Notes: generated by a model from the letters alone, not told the origin. A stretch of DNA of 44,560 bases from Octopus bimaculoides (GCF_001194135.2 NC_068988.1:33578108-33622667); one strand, 5' to 3'. Positions 1 through 12,717 are shown, counted from the stretch's first letter. Numbers and translations are program-made.

Positions 1-769
1 ATATATATATGCAAGAATGAGATAGTGCATGTGTCAGATGACTAACAAATGTAACAATAATATCAACAGTGTAATTTCTTGTTTTCGATTTAATTTTGAA
101 ACAGCCTCTGTAACTTCTACAATATATTCATGCAATTGATATATTTGTGCAGCTGTACTATAACATACCTCATGTTCTTTCCATTCCATAGTCTGAAATA
201 TCTATATCACAAAAGTATAATGTCAAGCTAACCTCTTAACGACGAGAATGTGCAAATGCCAGGTTTAATTGTGTAAATCGGAACTGTAGGAAATAAACTG
301 TCAAATGGTTGCAGTTGACATTGATGTATCGCACATGGCTGACGTTTTTGGTATTTGGAATATGGTCGTACAAGTTATGTGTCCTTACATATAAGACTGA
401 TGGTAATACAATACAAGATCTAGGGTGTGGGTCTATTATCTATAACGATATATGTGGAGAATATTGACTCATGTTTCATAATATATTAGATTAAATTTTG
501 ACAGACGTGCATCTAATATCATTTTCGCATTTATTTGAAGACTATTATTTTTACTATGGCTTTAAAATAATAAATATAAAGAAAAAAATTGAACAAAAGC
601 TATATATATTTGTATGATTATAATTTGCCTTTGTAGATAAATATGTGTGTGTCTTCAAATTCCGTTTCTGTATGCATGTCACTTTTTACATGTGCATAAA
701 ATAAATACATGTATCCACCCATATGTCTATCTATCTTCTTATGAAGTTCTATCTGTATATCTATATATG

Positions 770-831
770 CATATGTATATACATATCTATCAATCTATGT
801 ATCTATCTATCAATCTATCTATCTGTCTTCG

Positions 832-862
<31 letters not shown>

Positions 863-875
863 ATCTCTCTCTTTC

Positions 876-914
<39 letters not shown>

Positions 915-925
915 TTCTATATATA
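770..925. repeat. Compound (TATC)n/(TC)n/(TA)n microsatellite next to an assembly gap
   Basis: Directly visible; N-gap at 926-1158. Confidence 0.95.
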
Positions 926-1483
926 NNNNNNNNNNNNNNNNNNNNNNNNNNNNNNNNNNNNNNNNNNNNNNNNNNNNNNNNNNNNNNNNNNNNNNNNNNN
1001 NNNNNNNNNNNNNNNNNNNNNNNNNNNNNNNNNNNNNNNNNNNNNNNNNNNNNNNNNNNNNNNNNNNNNNNNNNNNNNNNNNNNNNNNNNNNNNNNNNNN
1101 NNNNNNNNNNNNNNNNNNNNNNNNNNNNNNNNNNNNNNNNNNNNNNNNNNNNNNNNNNTATATATATATATATATATGCTTACGTATTTATACAGTGAAT
1201 GGATAGGTATAATAGGTCCAGGCCGGCACTGTTCAAGCAGCACTGTAGTATAATCTAAGTTCTCCTTAACCGCATCGAAAGATAAGGAATAACTTCGGAT
1301 TATTTAAGGCAAACAATCACACGGTATTTCATCTGTTAGGTAAATTCTGGGTCCTCTGTTCGTTTCTTTCGATTATAAACAGTTTGCTGAGTGTACATCC
1401 AAGACATTAAAACAGAGATGGAGAAAAATATACCAACATATTTTTTTTATTATTATTATTACATTTTTTTCTTTTGTAATACT

Positions 1484-1660
1484 GCGAGATGGCTTAGCGT
1501 TGTTCTTCCTGAACTGTTCTGAGTTGTAAATTCCAAGATCGACGCTACCTTTCATTCTTTTGGAGTCGGTTAAATAGGTACCAGTTACGCACTGGGGTCG
1601 ATGCAATTGACTTATCCCTCCTCCAAAATTCAGGCCTTGTACCTAAAGTAGAAAGGATTA
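1484..1660 (+). mobile_element. tRNA-derived SINE, family A (decayed)
   Basis: Aligns by eye with copies at 39967 (+), 28966 (-) and 42340-43030 (-). Shared blocks include cctttcattc, ggtaccagtt..cactggggtcgat and caggccttgtacctaaagtagaaagga. Confidence 0.8.
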
Positions 1661-2549
1661 ATACAGAGTTTTTTTTACAGTTTATTCTCGTTAAACCTCT
1701 GTCCGACATAATATTCTGCTACATAGATATCTCATATGGTGTTCATTTGCATCATTGTGGCTGGCTTGCAATCAGATTTAATCCAGGTTAAAAACGTATG
1801 CATGCATCTTAATTCAAGGTGTTGCTATTTGTAGAGATTGAAACAAACTAGAGTATAATGGTTTTGGCAGTCTTATATTTCAAGAAGAGTACAATTCATG
1901 TCGATTGCAAAGAATAGTATAATTATTAGGGAGAAATATGTTATGGCTATATACCGCTATCAGTATATGGCTATATACCGCTATCAGTATAACCCTAGAA
2001 TGACGCTAATGTTTAGAGGTAGAAGCCGAGAAGTCTATGTATTACAGTAGGTCAGAATATATTTCATCCTCTTGCCTTAAGCGAAATGATCAAAAGTAAT
2101 TTATGCGAGATATTAAGGGTCACTAAGTCGGGTAGAACATAAAGATATAAGATACAGAATTTACTTCTAAGGCCACGGAATATTCTTCACAATATAATAG
2201 ATTACTTCTAGCTACAGTAAATTAAGAAGTTTTTGCAGGTAAATTAACTTTAGATCTACATGTAGGTAATTTCCTCCTAGTTGTACAATGAAGTATACCT
2301 TGTGTGAAATATTTACGCACGAGTGAGAATAATTGGCTGGAGAAATCGAGAGCCAGTCGATATATGACTACCCCAGGATATATTTGAAAGATGATGAAAA
2401 CTAAAAAGGTCAGTATATTTCTGGGACTAAAGGTATTGCAGGACTGAATATATGAAAATTATCTCAGAAAATATGATGCGATGACTCTGCTAATAGAATA
2501 TAAAGGCAAACACTAATGTTGTCCATGTAAATACATAGTATCGCCAGCC

Positions 2550-3900
2550 TAAGTATTATTTAATTAGATACCTTTTCCTGGGAAATATCTGAACGCTTTT
2601 CTGTAGTATTGGGAGCATTTGAAAGTTAATTCTTGCTTATCATTTATTAATTTCTTCCAGGCATAAATTACACTTCTTTCTCTTAGTTTTGTAAAACTTA
2701 CATTTCCCATTTTATATCAAACTTATTGTTCTTATCCTTTAGGGACCAAATAACTCTACATAACCTTGTACTATGCACTTTTCTGCTTTTCTTGAAGGTA
2801 TTAGAGCATGTTTCTATGTAATTATGCGAAACCATACTTGACGTAGCCTTATATTTGTACACTATATTTGTCGCAAACGTCCGTTAAATAGTTATATTTC
2901 CCCAATCGTTACATAGTTATGACTGTAATTAGTTCTACTTCCACAACTGGAAGAAGAATTAGGTACCTCCTCCATATCGCTACCAATTGTTTCACAGGAG
3001 TTAGTGTTTAGGTTAAACTCCAGAATGTGTGTGCTATTCGCTCTTCAATTCACTATGTTTGATTCCTGTGAATTTAGTATTTGATCTGTTGTCTCCTTTC
3101 CACTGTTTAGCACAAATACCCCATTCATTTCACTCTCATTATTTTAAAGTGCCGTGTTCAAACCCACATCCACTATTTATATGTTATGACAGTTGGTCGG
3201 AGTTATTATGATAATCATTTTTATTATTTCATTTACTAACATTATTATCATCGGATTCAGAAATTCTAATATTACAGGCCGCAATTATTTGCCTGTGGAA
3301 AATGCAAATCCGATTATGTTATTATTGAAGATCTTCCTATACTTGCTAGATTTGAGGAATGCAACTAATGCAACGAAACTCAGAATTAATGTCAACAAAG
3401 ATATGTACAACAATAGTACTTCCGTCTTTTTCGTTAACTCTGCAAACAAACTGCAGGAATGTTAGTGTTTATTTGTCTACCGAATACAGTATTCTACCCT
3501 AGTATAGCCATTCTTTCTTTTTCAGGGGTCATTAATTCTTTCCGGGGATCGTTTTAGAGACGTTTGCTTATTTTTGTGTACAGTATCCATTTTGTTACGA
3601 ATTTTAACTCTATTTTTGTTATTGCGTTTTCCTGTGTTAACATGGCTCTATATATTCTTTCCTTGAGGGGGTTGCTCTTATTTTTGATCCCTGGCTTATC
3701 GTTTTAAGGATTATTAGTTTTGCTAGGAGGTTTGACTATACTTTCTATATTGTGTTTGCCTATATTAGTACACTTAACTGTTATACGCGTATTTTTAACT
3801 CTTTGTGGGCCGGTGGGGTTGGAATTACACAAAGAGGCTATTGGGTCTCATTTTATTTTTGCGCATTTCCGCACTAAAGTAATATGTGTTTAACTTTGTA
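2550..3900 (-). mobile_element. Penelope-like element remnant: GIY-YIG endonuclease plus upstream low-complexity linker
   Basis: Minus strand about 2600-2890 reads TNIVYKYKA...NYIETCSNTFKK...HSTRLCRVIWSLKDKNNKFDIKWE and KKCNLCLEEKL, with stops and frameshifts. The upstream boundary is inferred by analogy with the 30990 copy. Confidence 0.7.
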
Positions 3901-4413
3901 TGTATGTGTGAGCGCATGATACAGAACAAGAAATTTAGGACTTGTTTTTATAGTTTTATAAAGTATACATATAGCACTAAATAAAAGATATATCAAAATT
4001 ATTTAGTATATCAATTCATACCAGTAAAATACGAAGAAAATTGACTTATGGTTCATCAGAATATCTGAAAAAATAACAGTAAAAAATAATTTCACGGAAG
4101 GTCAATGGTGTCCAGTTTGATCCCAATGACCATATTTTATGCTATAAATCCATATGACTGGAAAATGTTAACTCAAAATATGTATGTGCATACATAAACT
4201 ATTGACAATAAAAGTCATGAGATATAAAATCATTAAAAGAAAAAATGTAAAAGTTGCAAAACTTTTGAAATTTACTGGGCATCCAAGGGACTCCGCTGGC
4301 CCACGCATGGTTAATATAGGTATTCAAAATGCTACGAGAGGAGATCACATTTACCTTACGTGGTTTTGCCGATTATTTTCAGTATTGTTAAATCTTAATG
4401 TCTTGTGTGTATA

Positions 4414-4502
4414 TTCTTTTATTCTTTTAATTGTTTCAATCATTTGACTGCGATCATGCTAGAGCAACATATTTAGTCGAACAGTTCGCCCCCAAGACTT
4501 AT
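4414..4502 (-). mobile_element. SINE family B 3' tail
   Basis: Reverse complement matches the tail at 39620-39705 (aagtc.tgg.g.cga...cgactaaa...agcat..ccgca...aaacaa.taaaagaa). Confidence 0.65.
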
Positions 4503-6240
4503 TTTTGAGGGCCTTACCTTGCTCCTTACCCCACTTAAATTCTTTACATCTAGCTGACGAGAGCGGTTCTACTTGTTTAGCATATGCCGGGACAAATCTT
4601 CTGTAGTAATTCTTTAGACTCAATAGTTCAATCAATATCTTACTTCGATTTTGGTACCTGTATATTCTTTAGATTTGCTACAAATTCCTGAGATGGAAAA
4701 ATACCCTCTTCTGGTATGTTCATTCCTAGGAAAGCCAAATTTTTCTTCTGGAGAATGACTTTTCTTTGTGAATGGAGAACTGCGTTTGGTTAACCTTGCA
4801 CTAATAATTCATTTTCTCTGCGCGCTAATTTTGCTTCCATTCTAGCGTAGATGAGGATATCATCTTGGTATACTCTGATTCCTTCGATCCCCTTTAGTAT
4901 AGTTTCCATGCAGTTCTTAAACGTGCCACTCAAATTCTTAAGGCCCATTTGAAGTCTGTTAACCAACTAGAGTCCATTGCAAATCTGCCTTGCTTCCTCT
5001 GCTAAAGGCATTTGCTAATACTCATGCTATAAAACGAGAGTGGAGAGAACTTTCACACCTGACATATCGAAGATAGTGTTGATTGACAGTTTGGGAAAAC
5101 AATAACTGTCAATATTAAATGAGCTTTGTAATCGGCACACATGCAAAAAGATCCATCTTCTTTTCTCTCAGCCATACAACAGGTGAGGCACATCGGACTC
5201 CAGAGTAATCCGAGGGTGTGGTGATAACCATCATTTCAAACCTTTTTAACTCATCTTTCTCTTCTTTTTTTCCAAATGTACTGGAACTCGTCTTGGTGAA
5301 CTCATCACGTTATATCTCGCATCAGAACAGTAAACTAGAGCCGCAAAAGGTTTAACCTCTGGGATCACATCCATGTTTAGACTGAAACAAAACGAACTGT
5401 CTTTCATAATATCTTTTCCAATCAGCCCAAAAGAGTATGATCTATCTACCACAATAAATTTACGTGACTCGCGTCGGTGTTGCTGAGTTTAAATGTCTCT
5501 CGAATTGATCCAACACCCTTTAGATATGAACCATCAAAAGTGGTTAGTGTGTTGTGGCACAATTATACTGAGATACCTAACTATGTTCGAGACTATCGAA
5601 CAAGCTGCCCCGGTATCAGCATTCATATCTATGCCTCTACTATTTATAAAACACAAAATCCCGTGTTATCTTCACCCACGTTGCTTACGTTTACAACAAA
5701 CTGTCGACAGATCAAGTCTCGCTTGTAGATATACATATGTTGTCCACAAGACGATCGATTTTAGATCTTGCAAGATACCCTAATTTGCTGCACTTATTTA
5801 CAATTGTTTACATATGCTGGACACATACGAGGTTTTTGTGTACGTCCACAACTTCGATATTTCACAACAACTTCACGACTACGGGTATTCTTGTTGACAT
5901 TAAAGTTTGCTACTGCTCGTCGACTATTTGCAAGCAGTGTTTTCGATTCTATGGTGGATGCGAGAGCAGCTATTTCAGTGTCATTCATTTCAGAATGACA
6001 CCGTAACTGATCCAAGTTATTCAAGTTTAAACGTTTTCCGGATGTCATCCTCATCGCCATATGTTGTGTTTCAATCATTAGAAAATATATTGAACGTTCG
6101 TAACTGCAAGTTATACCGCTCATTTTCGAGGACCACGCTGTATATTTCCTGGCCTCCTCCGCTACGTGTGTAGCAGTATCACCTCTTTTATAACTGCCAG
6201 CTCGTTCAGCTCTCATCTTATTCCACATGGTTGCATGAGA
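4503..6240 (-). mobile_element. Ty3/Gypsy LTR retrotransposon remnant (gag, protease, RT, RT-RNase H connection)
   Basis: Domains appear in Gypsy order on the minus strand. Zn-knuckle CGRTQKPRMCPAY..CNKCSKLG at about 5780-5860. Aspartyl protease DTGAACS at 5606-5617. PRRVPVHL at about 5290. RT segment LQMGLKNLSGTFKNCMETILKGIEGIRVYQDDILI with YQDD at about 4860. NYYRRFVPAYAKQVEPLS..FKWGKEQ at about 4520-4620. Multiple stops and frameshifts. Confidence 0.9.
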
Positions 6241-7060
6241 CTCCCCTTCAGAGTTATATATATATACATATATATATNNNNNNNNNNNNNNNNNNNNNNN
6301 NNNNNNNNNNNNNNNNNNNNNNNNNNNNNNNNNNNNNNNNNNNNNNNNNNNNNNNNNNNNNNNNNNNNNNNNNNNNNNNNNNNNNNNNNNNNNNNNNNNN
6401 NNNNNNNNNNNNNNNNNNNNNNNNNNNNNNNNNNNNNNNNNNNNNNNNNNNNNNNNNNNNNNNNNNNNNNNNNNNNNNNNNNNNNNNNNNNNNNNNNNNN
6501 NNNNNNNNNNNNNNNNNNNNNNNNNNNNNNNNNNNNNNNNNNNNNNNNNNNNNNNNNNNNNNNNNNNNNNNNNNNNNNNNNNNNNNNNNNNNNNNNNNNN
6601 NNNNNNNNNNNNNNNNNNNNNNNNNNNNNNNNNNNNNNNNNNNNNNNNNNNNNNNNNNNNNNNNNNNNNNNNNNNNNNNNNNNNNNNNNNNNNNNNNNNN
6701 NNNNNNNNNNNNNNNNNNNNNNNNNNNNNNNNNNNNNNNNNNNNNNNNNNNNNNNNNNNNNNNNNNNNNNNNNNNNNNNNNNNNNNNNNNNNNNNNNNNN
6801 NNNNNNNNNNNNNNNNNNNNNNNNNNNNNNNNNNNNNNNNNNNNNNNNNNNNNNNNNNNNNNNNNNNNNNNNNNNNNNNNNNNNNNNNNNNNNNNNNNNN
6901 NNNNNNNNNNNNNNNNNNNNNNNNNNNNNNNNNNNNNNNNNNNNNNNNNNNNNNNNNNNNNNNNNNNNNNNNNNNNNNNNNNNNNNNNNNNNNNNNNNNN
7001 NNNNNNNNNNNNNNNNNNNNNNNNNNNNNNNNNNNNNNNNNNNNNNNNNNNNNNNNNNNN

Positions 7061-7340
7061 CCTTCGTCGGCGTTCGACAGCTGATGACCTTGGTGAGAGA
7101 GAAAAACCTGGCAAACCTTATATCTTCTTTTACGTTCGTGCTGCTGGTCGAGGTGAGAGGGATAACTCCCTTGGCAAACAGGACACAGTCGTGTGTCGAT
7201 AAGCCAGCTGGAGGAGATGTCCTCCTGGGGCTAAAAGCAACAGTAACATCCACCCCTAGGGGTCAGCCACACTTAAGTGGCAATATACTACACTTTATCG
7301 TGCAGTTACTGTTAATACTTCATTTAGAGAATTAACATTG
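7061..7340 (+). repeat. Dispersed repeat fragment, distantly similar to the 8321/8665 repeats in the opposite orientation
   Basis: Shares a gtgtc...cctggggctaaaagcaacagta motif with the reverse complement of 8370-8430. Bounded by a gap and (TA)n. Confidence 0.4.
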
Positions 7341-8320
7341 CTTATATATATATATATATATATATATATCAGGATACTAAAATCCCATTGCAACTATCAT
7401 AGAATAATTGCAGTGTGCGTAAAAGCTATAGCAGCTAAATTTCAATTCTTGAAACACCTACGGCAAATACAATCCAGGGAAAATGAGAAACACTTTTTTT
7501 AATATTGGATGTAACATCATCCTCTAGGTCACTAATGGTAGTATAGCTACAACCAATTTCTCAAACATTGATTAAAAGCATTTGCCTAATAGAAAGCACA
7601 CATTCCATTATGTCAATATGAATTTAAAGTCATATTTGTCTTCAATATATGAAATCAGTCTATCACTGTTGCGCAAAGATGAAAATTAGTAGTACTTTTT
7701 ATAGGATTATTAATAGAAGCTATTGTGTCTTTCTTTATGCCTCTCTATCTCAAATTTAGTGGAAATAAATAGGACAGAATTTGGATTTGGCGGTAAAAAT
7801 GAATAGACCGTAATTTGTTAAAGTGCCAAGCGTTGGCATTTAAACCGTATCACCTCAAACAGTGGCGGTATAAGATCGGCTTCTGTTCAGTGTGCATTCC
7901 GAGAGGCGTGTAATCAAGATATTTCTACCTCAAAATTGATATTTGTTTTGGCATATAGAACACACAATGTACGAGAAGTGCATATATGCTTCATATCATT
8001 TAACACGGTGACATAAACCATTTTAGTAAAGTTGTTTCTTTTGAATATTATAATGTTACTCAATCTGGAGAGAGGTGAGTTCGCAGGTTAAGAGCACTTT
8101 AATCAGCGGTGCATATTTATCGCGTTTCAAAGTATTTTATTGTAAGGTGGATAAATTCTGCTATGTGGGCTATTATAGATTAAAATATATCTTCATTTTT
8201 TCATATACAAAAATTCTATCTACAATACGCTATAAATAAATATGTAATAAATGAATTGATATTCACACACACACAGTCATACATATATCTATCTATCTAT
8301 CTATCTATATGTATATATAT

Positions 8321-8835
8321 AAGTAGTTGTATGCTGTCAACTTAATGTGACAGTCCCATGAAGAGAATAATACTACTGCTATTTAGCCCTAGGAAGCAGC
8401 ACCGCTTCTTGTCAGCCTTGACACATCTCCTGTGTCCTTATGTTTACAAGGTGGAGATAAGCACCTCCACCCAGCTAAGCCTGCATCCCGGTTCTGAGTC
8501 AACGCTCGTCTTCAGTCTGGAGTAGAATGGCTTGCTAGTTGGAGATGCCTATCTAGCCCTTGTAAACATATAATTATTCTAGTGAAATACATTGACTGAT
8601 TTTTAAAATTGAAATAATATATTTCTAAATCTCTCAGAGAGATTTATGCAGTAGTGATACGATAAAGTAGTTGTATGCTGTCAACTTAATGTGACAGTTC
8701 ATGAAGGGAATAATACTACTGCTATTTAGCCCTAGGAAGCAGCACCGCTTACTGTCAGCCTTGACATATTTCCTTTGTCCTTATGTCTACAAGGGGGGAG
8801 ATAAGCACCTCCACCCAAAAAAGCCTGTATCCAGA
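8321..8835 (-). repeat. Two direct repeats of about 170 bp (8321-8490 and 8665-8835), probable PLE terminal repeats
   Basis: Both start aagtagttgtatgctgtcaacttaatgtgacagt and end gataagcacctccaccca..aagcctg.atcc, with scattered mismatches. They lie directly 3' of a minus-strand PLE RT remnant. Confidence 0.85.
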
Positions 8836-8839
8836 AACC

Positions 8840-9800
8840 AGTCTCTGGATAATTTTATAGATTGGGTGTTAGATATTTTTTAACGGGATTAGACTTAGGG
8901 AAATGTTTTTCAAGTAGGGCGAGGAAGAGTTTGGGTACTCGAGTCAAGACGTTAAGGGCGAAGTGGGGTGACCTGGGTAAAGATAGACTTCTGGGTGTGT
9001 ATGTTAGTGTCAGTTTTGATGGGTTGTGGTGTATATAAGATTAGTGGTTATCTGGTAGGGGGTCATTTGCTAGGTCGATTTCTACTCCAATGTTTAGGTG
9101 GATATTGGGGGTGAAAGGGTTAGGTCTACCATATGAGGATTGGGAAATGTTTCTTGCTCTGGATTTAGTTGAGAGAAGGATTTCCAACACGGGGATGTAT
9201 TCAGTTGAATGTTTATATCAATATAGTGATCGAATAAATCTTGATAATGTGGAGATCCGGTAGGACACGCTTTCTACTATAGATTTTAGGAAGGGGTGCG
9301 GATTTTAGGCAGGATTTTAGGACGGAGGTTGAAAAGAAGGTCATGTAGTGGAGGTTTTCTCCAGGTTTTTGGCGGGAGATTTGGACGGAGGCTGTGAAAG
9401 AAGTTCATGTTGTGGGGGTTTTCCCCAGGTTTGTGGTATAGGTAGAAGGTTTAGTTTCGTGAGTCCAACTAACGTTAAAGACATTAGCGGTTTCGTCGTT
9501 GTTACAGAAGAGATGATGAGACCAACGTTTTTAAAGATGCTCCCTGATCTTTTTTTACAGTTTAATGAACAGAGCTTCATTTCTGTATAGACCACCGGAG
9601 ATGTTTGGAAATTCCTCATAAAGACCTTTCAGGAGTCCAATGAGGTCGGTAACTTGGGCGGGTCACTCGCTCCTATACGGATGGCAAAAAAATTGGATGT
9701 ATCTTTACAGAGAGATTCTTAGTAGCATTTCGTCCGCAAGTTGCATGGGTAGATATGGGAAGTTATCAACCACACCTGCACACGGCAAAGAGCTCAAGTC
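8840..9800 (-). mobile_element. Penelope-like element RT remnant
   Basis: Frameshifted minus-strand peptides KDTSNFFAIRIGASD / AQVTDLIGL...ISGGLYRNEAL / YLYHKPGE / ESVSYRISTLS. They are homologous to MGSRDSAEITNLVG...GGLYRDNAL in ORF 31371-31694. Confidence 0.8.
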
Positions 9801-10216
9801 AACGATGATATGATAAATCCATCTGTAGGCAAATAAACAACAGGAGAATTAATAATCATAAAATTTAAAAAAAAACAATAGTATCTTTATTAGAGGTAGA
9901 ACTATTTTACTTGTCAAAGGAGGTTGCATTTCTGTGAGCGAAGTGTAACTCGACGTAATACACACAACGCATATTCTACACAAAATACGAAGCTAATCCC
10001 CAGAAACAACAACATAACGAAATAAATATAACATATAAACGGAATTCAGCGCTACGAAAACTCCATCGTACACGCAGAGTATAAAATGTTTATACTAACA
10101 TGACGATACTAATGATAATTAAAATATTAGGATGATCTTTTATTAGCAGCATTGATTATTTGTAACAGTAAATGTTATTTCTACTACAAGAACGAATTTA
10201 TTATTAGCATCGTCGA

Positions 10217-10284
10217 CATCATCACCATCATCATCATCATCATCACCATCATCAGCATCATCATCATCATTATCATCATCATCA

Positions 10285-10316
<32 letters not shown>

Positions 10317-10452
10317 GCTTTTGTTTTGTCATGTTTCTCCTCACTTTAATTCACGACCGTGATCTTGTCAAGGTAATTCAATTTCTTCATCGTTCAAAAG
10401 CAATAATATCCATTAGCCGATGATGATGATGATGATGATGATGAGGATGATG
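10217..10452. repeat. (CAT)n/(TAT)n array at 10217-10315 and (GAT)n array at 10419-10452
   Basis: Directly visible; source of the poly-Ile and poly-Met pseudo-ORFs. Confidence 0.95.
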
Positions 10453-10579
10453 GGGGCGATGGTGATATTGGTGGTGCTGATGAAGATATCAATAGCAATA
10501 ATCATGCGTATAATTATGTTTTTATCATTTATTAATATTACTATTACCAATGAAATTAGTTTTAACATTCTCCTTATAC

Positions 10580-10617
<38 letters not shown>

Positions 10618-12717
10618 NNNNNNNNNNNNNNNNNNNNNNNNNNNNNNNNNNNNNNNNNNNNNNNNNNNNNNNNNNNNNNNNNNNNNNNNNNNNNNNNNNN
10701 NNNNNNNNNNNNNNNNNATATACATTTTTTTAATGCAAGGGATATCTTCGTGTCGTTTTGAAACATATAAATATTTTATTTGTTTTTTTTATTTATGTGT
10801 AGAAAACTATTCATATCCCTTATTTTGACATGTTGAAGGCGAATTGCCATTTTCAATTCCCATACTGCTTTCTTTTCACGACAGTCAGAAATCTGGTAAA
10901 CATCGTATGAATTGGGTAATATAGTGTACTGAACGCTCCCTTTCAATCCCCAAGCGATGTTTATTATGTCTTTTTGTAAACACTATCAAATTTGCTTCAT
11001 CTTTTCAGGATGCATCTGTGGAAGTTGTTGCTTTATTTGTTAATGTTGCTTGACGTTGTCTTCTTTAGTACTCAAGAGGTGTTTGAGCAGATAAAAATGT
11101 AGGAAGCAAACATTGTAATGTCTTGAAACGTATCGGTTCGTTTTAGTTTATTTAATGCCACAGTATTGCAGAGTCCATAAAAATAAATGACAGTATACTG
11201 ACTAACAATTTCTCTCCGACAAACTAAATAAATAAGCTAGATCATGTATAAAATATTTTTTGCACGAGAGTTAATGTTATCTGCAGAGATATAGGAAGCC
11301 AAAATACAATGAAATTAAGTTCGGGCATCTTTCAAGTTCTCTTAAATTCTTATTTCAAATAGGAAATGTTTATTAACACAATGTTCCTGCTTTGACACAA
11401 GCCTTGGAAGAGTAAATGTGCCAACAAAACACTCTGTAAGCTTATCGTATAACCTGCACTTGACATCCTCTTCTCTCAGTGACTCTTTGCAGGCTCCATT
11501 CTACTCTCTTACAAGAATTCCTAAAATATATTTAATCAAATGATAACTCCATAATGTCTTCGATTCACAATATTTATTCCATTGGAACGGTACTCTTCTA
11601 CTTCACCATATCAGCTTCATAAACTTGCATCGGTTTCTGTAAACAATGTAAGGCCTGCTATTGGTGTCCGGAGTGCGTGATGAGCGCGACGCCTTATTTT
11701 TTTAAAGCTCTTTGAAACTATTTTTCAATCAGATTGGACTCAGCCTTTAGTAATAAGAATGTAGTTAGACACTGGCTCCTGTTCCAGCAGACCATCACGG
11801 AGTATATCATTTAATTCCAACTAATCGTTTAGTTAAGTAGTAGGGATCAGCAATACGTGTAGCTTACTACATTTCCCTTTCTCCCTCTCTTCACTTTCTC
11901 CTGTGAAAGGTCACGAATATTATATTTACGACGTCTCTTAAACTAGCCAAAGTTTACATCATCTCCTCTATCGATGTATTGTATTTACTTTTTAAAAGCT
12001 CAAACTGCTGCCGGTTTTGTTGTATTTTAATGGCAGTGTTAATCACGAAAACAATAGACTATTGTAATTAAAATCCCTAATATCGCTTAAAATCTTCTGA
12101 GACTGGAACCAAAATGTGGAATCCATACATTCGCGGTTGACTAACTGTATTAGCTTTGACTTCTATTATCTTATTTAGGTCTTTGTTAATGATTAACAAT
12201 CTGGAATGTCATATCGGTGGCGTTGATATTTTTTAATTAGATACTATAATCACCATTGTTTGAATAAGGTAATGCAGTTCAGGACAATAGTCGCGGGTAG
12301 GAGGTTTGCTTAGTGTTCCATCTATTATTTAATGTGCGCAGTACACACAACGGTATGTTTGTATAAGGATTACTTAGTGGAATTGGGAAAAAAGAATTGA
12401 CTAGGGTTTGCGGGCTGCTACTTTTAGATTAGATATGTCTGCTATCACTAATGCTTAATACCGCCTACACCACATATAGAACGGTTAGTTCCTACAATAT
12501 TGCATTCCATGCAAGTATAGTAAGAGTGGTTAGGAAGTAATGGTAAAGGTAAACGAGACTAGGACTCAAACAATTAAGCAGATCAATCGAATTTTGGGTC
12601 AACAATAGAGGGAGTAAATTAGATTGGCCCAAGTTTAGGAGCTGTTATGGAGATTGTTTAACGTCATAAAATTATTGCAAGGTACGGGTAGGTTTATGTA
12701 TGTTATAATCCTTAAAA

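Noticed and set aside
5794-6228. ORF initially resembling a Tc1 helix-turn-helix
   Set aside because: It runs into a zinc knuckle followed by DTGA protease and YQDD RT, so it is Gypsy gag.
7061-7120. CTGATGA...GAAA as an intact hammerhead ribozyme
   Set aside because: No convincing stem II or stem III and no correctly placed NUH triplet.
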